64,000 bases of DNA. It comes from Orbicella franksi (lineage: Eukaryota). Numbering within the stretch: the first letter of the stretch is position 1; each line of letters starts with the position of its first letter. Below, in pieces: positions 38,818-49,600 of this stretch. Made by a program: the position numbers and the translations under genes. The DNA is taken from assembly GCA_964199315.1 (NCBI GenBank), contig OZ116701.1, positions 8,370,001 to 8,434,000 on the forward strand, read 5' to 3'. Under the pieces are notes generated by a model. The model was not told where the DNA came from. It ran no database searches and saw nothing but the letters and a program-made list of their open reading frames with translations.

Positions 38818-38889
38818 TTAATCAGTTCCATTTCGTTAATCAAGTCTATTTCCTTAATCAGTTTTATTTCCTTAAACAGGTCTATTGTT
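38818..38889. repeat. 18-bp minisatellite, about 4 units
   Basis: TTAATCAGTTCCATTTCG / TTAATCAAGTCTATTTCC / TTAATCAGTTTTATTTCC / TTAAACAGGTCTATTGTT. Confidence 0.7.
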
Positions 38890-40124
38890 GTCAGAATTCA
38901 TTAAGCTATGTGATTCCTGGGCACTGGAAGCCTTAAGATCAACATATTAAGACCGGGACGACGTTTGCTTTCTTTACAATTCAATTTCTTTCCTTGCGCT
39001 GATCGATGACCACTGTCTGTTTTATATTCTAATCAAGGTTCAATTTAATAGAATTCCTGAGCGCTCGCTTTTAATGGGCGAAATTATTTTTCTTGGGTCA
39101 AATAAATCTATTGTCATTTGAGAAATTTGCCTTTGGGCCTTTGCCCCAATAATTTATACTCTAACAACGTTCTCCAGGGCAAGGGAGGAAAAACATCAGA
39201 GCCAGTTTTCGATTGTGTTCTTCTCGTCTAGTGCTTCGGAAGGCAGGTGATCTGCATAAGATATATGTGAAGGCTGAACTTCCCTTCTGAAGACTATTGA
39301 ATCATTTAAACTGGCCAATTTATTTGATTCAAAAAGGGATTTCTGATTTTATTTTCAAAATACGTCCGTACGTTTTACTACTCAGTGTTCTAAAGTGAAG
39401 CATAAACGAAGTTTGTTTTCAAACTTGTGACCCGCACTTAATCAAATGAAGCTTGTGAAATCATAACCCGCTGCTGAAGCCACCCACGCGTTGAATGGAT
39501 GATTTTGCTTCGGTGTTTTTAAAAGCATTATACATCATGCAACTTTTATATTAAAGCTGGGTGCCGGAAGGAATCTTTGAAAACAATACAAAACAAAAGA
39601 AGAAGAAGAAGTATTGTTAAAGATTTCTTTGAGTATCCTACCGATGCTGCAAGTGAAAAAGTTCACGACGGGGCAACTATGAAATTAAACCTTTAATTTA
39701 CCGTGGTAGAGAGACTTTTCACCCTGTGCCAACTAGTTCCGATGCTAAAGTACTTGGTGGCATCTCATGCCTTGATTGAAATGAAAAGTAAAAAAAGAGG
39801 TCAACAAATACAATCATTATCATTTAAGGTAAGCCTACGCTAGAAAATGCTGAATTATTTTTTGTTATCAAAAAGCGAAGTTTGTCCTAAGTTTGCTCGA
39901 CTTTCCTTCAGTATAAATCGATCCGCCAGGCCTAGTTGTTTTGAGGGCAGATAACACTAACCACAGCTATCGATTGGAAAGTGATTTATTCGGTGGATGG
40001 CGTTATTTATCATTAAACAAACTTTTCCAAACAAAAGTTGGTCTTGGATGTCATTGAAAGAAGCTATTCGTTGAGAAGGAAATGAAATTACAGACATTTA
40101 TCATTTGATTTGGATTTTCAGAGA

Positions 40125-40191
40125 ATGATTATTTGGTTTCTTATTCAAAACTTGATGGCGATGAGCTATGGAGAAGATGATCATGAAGAAG
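40125..40191 (+). CDS. Candidate signal-peptide first exon of gene C
   Basis: ATG 40125 reads MIIWFLIQNLMAMSYGEDDHEE and ends at a phase-1 donor (AAG|GTTTGT) compatible with the phase-1 acceptor at 42126. A competing candidate ends at 40247. Confidence 0.35.
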
Positions 40192-42125
40192 GTTTGTTTG
40201 TGTATTTTTGATACTGACGATTCCCATACTAGTCACAATGTTAAAAGGTAACATGGTGATAACTCAAGCCGCTGACAGTAAGTCGCCTAGCACGAATGTG
40301 TTGCATGTTCTACCAAGACAAAAAGAAATCTGCATTTATAGTCCTCTAACACCGTTTTGCAATAATTGTATTAAAAAAAATGCTGAGAGCTGGACGTGTT
40401 ATTGGAAAATATTCCAGTCTCTATTTTAATCGACGGTTTTCTCTGAATTTCTAACATAATTGCTTTTAATTAATTCTGAGTGTGAGACCGTCAGTGAAAC
40501 TTGAGTCAAGCCGATTGAACGAGCATATAGAGAAACTACCTAGAAAATATGCGTGATGAATCAGTATATATATCTGGGTCTATGATAGTGAGATGCTGGG
40601 TTATAAATCAAGATGTCTTTACGTATCAAAGAAATTGAATCCAAAATAAATCGAACAATATAGACCAATAAATCAAGCGATATCAATCAGGGCTCGAGGA
40701 ACGACTGTGACATTAATAATTGATATCTGTTATAGAGTGAATACCTCTCCCTACAAAACGGATATGCTTATAAGAAAGCTTTTCGGCATTCCATTTAAAT
40801 GTTTCTAATTAGTCATTATTTTATTCACAAAATCCAGTTGGGTGCACGTTGTCGTTGAGTTTGTCTGGCTGATTCGTCTCTAATTTAAATGGTTTCCGAA
40901 GAAATTCCTCAGTAGAATTTACTCTTGCCTAGTAGTTGGAATACACGGAAGTAACACTGACCTTTTTCAACTGGGCTTTGGTGAGCGTTAATTAATCTAT
41001 CGCTGCTATAAATAAATGACATAAGTTCCAGCAGTAATGTTGAACCTCACAGGCACGCCCCACCTCACGTTTGCGGTTCATTCATCATGAGCTTAAATAA
41101 ATGCCAAAGGCGTTAAAGGACAGTGTGCCGCTTGATTATGACAAATTTGCTTTCCTGATTCCAAAATATATTGCCAGGTGGCATCAAATATACAAATAAA
41201 TTGGTTACAAGGATTCTACTCAACGGAACAGAACAAAGTTACTGAGGAAGACCGGCAGAATTATAAGGATTGAAAGGGATTGCCTCATAGTTAGTAGAGA
41301 GGACTGGAGTCCCGTCTACTAACCTAGTATGGGCACATATCATAAATGACCTTGTGGTCATTTTTCTATTATTTTTTGAGTTGATATACCTTTCCTTTAT
41401 ACACTTTGACTTTTCATTTTTTGTTTGTTTGTTTTTTTTTGACATACATATATGTCAAAGAAAAAAAAATAGGGCAAGTTTACGGCAAGCTCTTGGCTCC
41501 TGTTAAACACAATTTATTCACCAAGGATGCTGTCTCGCTATAAATAAAAAATAAAAGTAAATGAACGAAAAAAATATATAAATTGGCTTTGCGGACATAA
41601 GGTTCTCGTGCTTTAATGTTAAAGAACGTTAACAGAGGATTTTCACTGTCACGCAACATAAAATTAAATCGAAAGCAAGTCTCTTGATCGAAAGCCCTTC
41701 TATGATTATAGACCCGCCGGATTGCAAGAGTGTAGCCCAATATGGCGGCCGGAAAATTATGCTAGCATCTGAAACTTACTTTAGTTATCTAGGCGACTGA
41801 TCGACTAGCGAACAAACAAACATTTACACAAAACGTTTCCTGATACATTAACTTCTGAAATGGGTTAAAATCAAGAGATAAGCATACATTTAACTTTTTT
41901 TCGACCGGCGCAATCGTAGCTTTATGTTACGCATGGTTATAGCTCTGAAATTCTAAATTCGTTGGTTTCCAAACGAAGAACGCTATTGAGCTGAAATATT
42001 GTAAACAGATATAACTTTATCAAAGCTTTCGTCTTCTGAACACAGAAATTTTGGTGGCTCTTAAGTTTTGGATTTCAGAATTTGACGAGGTCACGTGAAA
42101 ACGCCCCATGTATTTTTTTATGCAG

Positions 42126-43665
42126 CTGAAGACGTTTGCAGCTCGTACACGACATTTGATTCTGCCGGCAGAAATGTAACTTTTCCCTACCAAACCCTTT
42201 GTGACGATATTCTTACTACTGAGTGGTACCGACTTACTGGGGATGCCGGATCATACTTACCGGAAAGTTGCCCGCAGCCTCAAAGCCAGGTATGTGGAAC
42301 CACCTATCCTGGCTGGTTAAATGGAATCCACCCCACAACGGCTGAGGGTGTGGTGACAAGGACAGCGTGCTTCAGCTCCAGTGCAGGGTGTTGTACTTAT
42401 TCCACGTCAATTGAAGTCAAAAACTGTGGAAACTTCTATGTTTATAAGTTGGTGCCAGTGACCGCGTGTTATTCGAGGTACTGCGTCACAAACTTGGGTG
42501 AGTATGTTTCTAATTTATTATTTTTTTTAATGCATTGCAGCCATTGTTTCCAAAACGATGACTTGACACTATCAAAATCAGTTCTCGCATGCTGATACAT
42601 ACCAGCTCCTTAATTTATCATTTCTTGTCTTATTTATTCTTTACGGATCGAATTATATATCAACCGCCGGTTTACAAGGGCTTTAGGTGGGGGAGGAGAG
42701 GGTGGTCGTATGTCCATCTCCCCCAGAGGATTTACTCTGTAATGCTGAAATTTTAAATTGCTGTTCATCAGTCATTCGCAGAAAATTTTGATCTGCTAAT
42801 AGTCTCTTGTAATTTGACATGCAGATCAAGCCAAATTTCTTTTTCACATACTTTGATAAGTTGATAGAATTCCTCTTTTTTTTTCAATGTTCCTAGCCAG
42901 CTATAAAGACATGATTGATCATCGTGGTTATACACACATGACTTGTATGTATAAATCATGTCTTCTTATCTCTCTCCGTAGTTCAAATACTAATGTGATC
43001 TTTCATACATTCACTTGTATTTTCCTAACCAGCATTGAACAACTAGTATTTTAACGTTCTCCTTATTAATTCCCCTCATTCATTGCGTCCCAAACGTAGC
43101 AATGTGCTTCTGCCTAAGCGGCAGTGGTCGCTAGTGCTGTGCCTATGCTTTGTCTCCTTCTCTCCTCAATACAGAGGTGTCCATACACTGGCCTATGCAG
43201 GCATCCTTAGCCAATGTTATTTAAAGAGATCTATCAGTTTCATATAAAACGTTTCAATGATATTTTTTTTTTCCACAGTCCCAGGTATACCAGCGGAATG
43301 CACATCGTCAGGGTACAACGAACTTGATGAAGCCAACAGATATTGGAAATATGACGATGGTAATGTTCATTGCGATTCTGATAACATTACCGACAACCAG
43401 TGGTACCGTTTCACGGGAGAGGCTGGGACAATGATGGCAACCCATTGCATTCCACAGTCAACTTGCAACGCCGAGATGACTGGCTGGATCAATGGTGATC
43501 ATCCCAACACCGCCTACGAGACGGTGACGAGATCTGCGTGTATGCACTGGAGTTCAAGTTGTTGTTATGTGTCATATTCGGTTGACATACGCAACTGCAG
43601 CGGGTTCTACGTTTATAAATTACAGAAACCAACTAGCTGTAGTCAACGTTACTGTGGTGTCAAAG
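42126..43665 (+). CDS. Gene C tandem D8C domain exons (two)
   Basis: WYRLTGDAG...GWLNGIHP...CC...[12 protein letters not shown]...RYC and WYRFTGEAG...GWINGDHP...CC...[12 protein letters not shown]...RYC; both exons are phase 1-1. Confidence 0.9.
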
Positions 43666-46600
43666 GTAATTTTGTCATCAGATACCCTACTTTGCTTTAC
43701 TGTGGAACTTTGCTTCATTACGCATCTTTCTTAGCTATATCTTTTTGCAATGCTTTCATCATGGTAATATCGATATTATATTGAGTCGTCGAGGCTGATT
43801 TCCCATTCATATACCGTCACTGTCGCCATCATAAGTAAGCAAGCCTTTTGTCATGGTCGATGCCATTTCTAAGCTCTAAAGTCGGCCTGAACTAGGTCGA
43901 AACTGTATTGTGATTTGTAATACAAGGTCGTGTCAAGAGAACGATTGCGCAAAGGAAACGTTATCCGTCAGTTTCATTCGGCGCCAAAACTTGTGATAGA
44001 TCTGACAGAAAAATATATTTTGTTATATCGTGTAGTAATGTAATTGTTTGTTTGTTTGTTTTTTGCTTGTGTTTTTCTTATATGTTTAGTATTCGCTTAT
44101 CTTTTCGAAATCTAATGAAGCAAAACTGTTTCCATGTGCAGATGAAAATGACGCATGTTCAGCCAGCGATGGTTCAGCGGAATGCACATGTTCAGCAGGC
44201 TATTCAGGCATTCCATGCAAAGGTTAGTGTTAATACTTAATCATGAGTTCAGGATTATGGATCTGCGTAAATTACTCCTCTATCACATAGAAGGGGTAAT
44301 GACAGACATTTAAACGCTGAGCATTCAATCGCCAAAACATAAAAGTGCAATGCAGGATGCACTTAACCCTTTGCTCACCTGGGACTTCCTTTGAAATTTT
44401 TAACTTACGATTTGCCTTTACGATCTTGCAATGGAATCTTGTTTGCGCAAAGATACCTTTTCGAATCTTTATCGTCATCGAAATCGTTGCTGGTGACGAT
44501 TTTGAATTTCATAAACACTTATGTGTTTTCGGTGGCACTTTACCTATAGTTCATTCTGTATGCCGTCTTCTCTCGTTTCGATACTGCCTCAATTATGCGA
44601 TAAGATTTCCTACACAACAGTTCCGCTGAACGTTTCTCCTACTTTATATATTCGTTATTTCTTAGAGGTATCCTTCAGCTAACTCGGAAGCTGTCTAAAT
44701 TACATTTGCGTGCTCATAAATTATAGTTGCAGCTTCACTCACTAAAGTCGCAGTTGCAATTGCTGACTTCAATTTTTACTATCATGTTTTAGGCTCGTGA
44801 TATGTTACTGCTTTTATCTGCAGATACTGACGAATGCACAACCAATGCTCACAACTGTCATTCATCGGCGACTTGCAGTAACACCATTGGTTCTTTCAAT
44901 TGCGCTTGCAACAAGGGATACACCGGCGACGGCATTTCTTGTAGTGGTGAGCAGTTTCTTGTTAACGTTATAGCTCAAGAAAACAAACTTCGTGGAAGCT
45001 TTGTTTTGTTTTGATTTTTGTTTTGTTTTTGTTTTTGTTGTTGTTGTTGTTGTTGTTGTTTTGTAGTTATTTACTGTTTTTAAAGAAATAGAAAACATTT
45101 TCCGAGTTTCTATAGAGTTTGAGTATAAGCTTACTAGCATTCTATGCCGTTCTCTCATTGGCTACGTTACTCACCATCTATTCTTTTGTGGATGACGTCA
45201 AAATGTAGTGAGAACAAAAAAAGTGGCGCACAAGTCGTAGGCGAGTGTGTCACTGGTGTTCTTACCACATTTTGACGTGTTCTAAGATATGTTACTGAGC
45301 AGACGCAAGGCAACATGAAATCTACATGTATCTGTGTTAAAAAATAAAGAAACCAAAATGTTAATGATGTTCTCTTTACTTTGGTCCTCCAATATATCAT
45401 GAGTAAGAGCAATCAAAATGCGAGAATAATCTAACTTGTTATCTAATTTATTATAGACGTTGATGAATGCACGACCCACGCTCACAACTGTCACTCAGAT
45501 GCGACCTGTACCAACACAGAAGGCGCGTTCACTTGCAGTTGCAAAGATGGGCACACTGGAAATGGTCGACAATGTGTAGGTATGTGTTTCCACGTACATC
45601 CTCATAGACTAGTTTAGAAGAAAAGCTTCGCTAACTTAAAAACCTAATATATAACTCATGAAGCAGTCTGGCAGTTAGATGGCTGTGCTAAGCAATACAT
45701 TCTGGAATATTTGTGACTTCATATTATATCATAACGTAACTTTTTATTTGTTATATTTTAATATCTTCCTTTTTGGTAGATGTCGACGAATGCAGACCTA
45801 ATGGAACTCACAACTGTGATATGAACTCCGAATGCGTGAATACCATTGGTTCATTCAACTGTACATGTCATCAAGGATATTCAGGAGACGGCTTTACATG
45901 TCATGGTATGGTTATTCAACGAAGAAACAAATATGTTTGAACTATTTGATATTTACCGCATACTATTATTGTCTGGGAAACGCGTTGGTGAGATGGTTAG
46001 CGACCTAGAGTCCAAATTGAGCGGCCAGGGTTGGATCCCTGGACAAGATCACTGCGTTGTGTTCTTTGAAAAGTGCTACAGTGCCTCTCCCCACCCAAGT
46101 GTATAAATGAGTACCAGTGAATTTTGATGCTGAGGAACGTAACCCTACGATAAGCAAGAGTTCCTTCAAAGAGGGATAGAAATATTACGTGTTGCAAAAT
46201 AAAAAAAAATGCGACAAAGCATATTTCACCAGGTACAGTTGCCATGCCAACATTACTTTATTTGATCAATCACATCATACCAAAATATTTCCAAATACAT
46301 TTAGGAAAAGTGGCCAAATTCGGACATTATTAAGTTGGTGGGGCCCTCAAAAGCCTCTCCCTCACCCGAACCCTCCCTCGGAGAATGAATAGTATTAAGA
46401 CCTCTAATCATTGCCATTCTACTAAAGCTGGATCTGTCACACTGAGAAAATGGAATAAGGTACTACAGTGTTTAATGGAGTACGGGGTAAGAAGTGAGAG
46501 CCATACACATTAGCCGTCATGGCAATCTCAAAAGAGGTCTTACGTCAAATTTTGAGAGCTAAGTTCAGTCTTTGTTATTTTCATTGTCGTAGTTATTGTT

Positions 46601-49600
46601 ATTGTTACTCTTGATCAGGTAGCTCTGAATCCCGAAATGTGCATGTATAATAATTAAGCATAAATATAACAATAAAAATTAACATGCCCATCGATAGCTT
46701 CTCTACGCCAGGTACAGATTTGATTCAATGTTCAAACATGAGTTTAATGTTGGGTACAACAAATGTGACGGTATTTTTACAGAAATCGACGAATGTGCAA
46801 TAGCAACACACAACTGCCATGGAGTGGCTCACTGTTCCAACACTCCAGGTTCCTTCACCTGCAAGTGTTGGGAAAGCTACACTGGTGATGGGGTGTTATG
46901 TGAGCCTTTGGGTAAGTGAACATTGTTCTGGGATGTGTTTTTCGGGCGTAACCTCCGTAAATCCTTTCTTGCGCCCGTTCTTCGATCCAAGAGGATATAT
47001 TCATTGACTTTTCTAATATTCCATGCCACGCTGTTACAAACTGTACTGTATAATTTTTTTCACATATTTCAATTAGAAACTGTGTAGGTTTCCTTAGCAA
47101 ACATACAAACCTTGCTTCACCATTGAACATCACAATTCAATGTTCCTTTTACAAAACACTTGATCTAAAATTGCCGTTAAAACCGTGTTGAGTATCATTT
47201 CCTTGTTGAGACATTACTTATCATTCATTATTTATCACTGGTCTGGATTTCTTTTGTAACGCATCAACAGGGGATTTCTCAGTGACAATCAGAGACATTT
47301 CTACTGACGTGTATCATCCCACTGTTGTTAAGAGGTCTACCAAAAGCGCCCTAGAAGTCATAATTGAGGGACTACCGAGTGACGTTGAAATATTGCAAGG
47401 TGCACTGGAATGGCGTATAATTAATGAAACAGAACTCGAGACTTCCGCTGGGTCAGCACAGGGAACCTTGGTAAGTCGAGGTACTGCTGAGTGGACCATA
47501 AACAGGAGATCCATACCTGTTGGTGTCTATCAAGTCAAATTTTCTGCCTCGTATACGGTCGGTGATCCAGCGTTCCCACAGACTCTTAAAGCTTTTAACT
47601 ATGGCTTTATTAAAGTTATTTCAGGTCCATTGAGAGCCATTCTTGATGGTGGAAGCAGTGTTCGATGGGGATCTGTAGCAAATGCTACTGTTGATGGCTC
47701 GCTAAGTTACGATGAAGATATTGGCCCTGGAAGCAATACTGGGCTCATCTTTGGTTGGTCTTGCCTTGATAATGCATCCGTGAGCAATGATTGCTTCGGT
47801 TCATTTTATGGCGTTGTGAATTCAATATCCACTGCTATAAGCATTGATCCTAGTCGACTTGATATTGGAAACACATATGTTCTAAGGCTAAATGTTACCA
47901 AAGATGAAAGAAGCGCCGTTGCTCAAATGTCTTTTGAAATCGCAGCCGGAGAGATACCTCAAGTGACATTAAGGTAATTAAAACTTGCAAGGCCAAGCAC
48001 CACAGCAATTTGTAACACGAGTCCATCAGTCACACAGTTTAAGGTGTTTTCCTGGTAAGATACCTTTCACCCCCTGCTCTTCTGCCAGCGAAACAGCAAA
48101 CAGCGAAAGTGCATTGCTGCTATTAAAATGTAGGCATCGTTGCATCTCAACCTTTTAAGCTTTTAGGCCTAATGATGGGAATAAAATTCAAGCGTTGGCA
48201 CCAGAAATTACCAAATCGTAGTGCGCTACAATCATAGTCATGTGTGGTTCAAAAAATATTGTACCCTGCACTTCTAATATGCGACAAATTACCACAAATC
48301 TTATACATCAGCATCGAGGGAATAATCCGATCCTAATTAGGCGAAATTAATAATTCATCAATTTTGAATATTTATGTTTCTTCAGATGCTTTGTAGATTG
48401 TGGCAAGATAGTGTCTGCCTCGAACAAGCTTCGAGTGACATCAGAGTGCCTTAGTTCCCCTTGCAGTGGTTCAGTTTATGAATGGCAATTAAAAAGATTG
48501 AATGACAAATCAAACAAATGGGACGTTATTCCTATTTTACCAAATATGACCTCAACTGCAGTGAATGCGACCGATATGATCATCAAAAAAAATTCTTTGC
48601 AGTCCAACGCCACATACAGATTAGAGCTTTTCATAACATCACCAGAAGGAGCAGAAGGCCTTGCCATGTTCGATTTTGAGACAGCTGGACAGCTACACAG
48701 CGGATACTGTGCTCCCTCGGTCGATGAAGGTGTGGCACTTCAGACCGAGTTCATTTTTGAGTGTTTTGAATGGCGAGATAAAAGTATGCCATTGACTTAT
48801 GAGTTTCGTCTCGGAGATGAGCCAATATCTTATGGCACTTCTTCCAAGTCTGCAACAGCGCTTTTTCCCGCAGGATTACGTAACGACGACTACCAGTTGC
48901 AAATACACGTTATTATCAAGAATAGCGTTGGTGTAGCTGTTGTAAAGACATTATTTGTCAAGGTAATCAGCTATTTGATTTAAGATTTGCCATGTTGTCT
49001 CTGTTTTGTGTAAAAACAAAAACATTGATATTACCTTGAATATAACCCATACAACTGTACTAAATAGCTAATGAATGTTATATGGTGGCTTTAGATGTCA
49101 ACTAAGTTAAATATAAAGACTGATAACCTAAAGCATGGCAGACTAGGTGGCCTGCTGGTTAGGGACCGTTCATTTTTTATGAGGTAGGGGGGGCTGGTGG
49201 GATTTGGGGGGGGGGCCATGCGAAAAAAAATGGCTTTCGAGGGGGGGCCATCCCAAAAAAATAAGGGAAAAAGGGGGGGTCACGTGAAATATTTTAGTAA
49301 AACTTTAAAAAGGCATAATGTTTGAATATCAAAAAAATTGTATAGAATAAACATAGAAGGCAGGATACAAACTTATTACAAACTTTCCTTCTGCTTTAAA
49401 AAAACGTTTGGCGACAAAAAGCATTTGTAGCTACTGAAAAGAAGTATTTAACACTGTTATTTTCGAATGCAACTTTCACTGGCACTCATCTTCATCTTCG
49501 CTGTCGTCGAGTTCTTCGTCGCCGCTTGTGCTGCTATGGGAGTCTCTTTCACCAATGCTGCAAGAAGCAGCAATGCTTTCCATCAGAGTGTACTCTTCAG

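Noticed and set aside
38818-38889. CRISPR-like or regularly spaced repeat array (also the 23-bp pair at 54348)
   Set aside because: Tandem units without unique spacers, or only two copies; eukaryotic context and no cas genes.
39742-39828. ATG-initiated exon with a strong donor (AAG|GTAAGC) as the gene C first exon
   Set aside because: The donor is phase 0, incompatible with the phase-1 acceptor at 42126, and the peptide is not signal-like. It could still be a 5' UTR exon.
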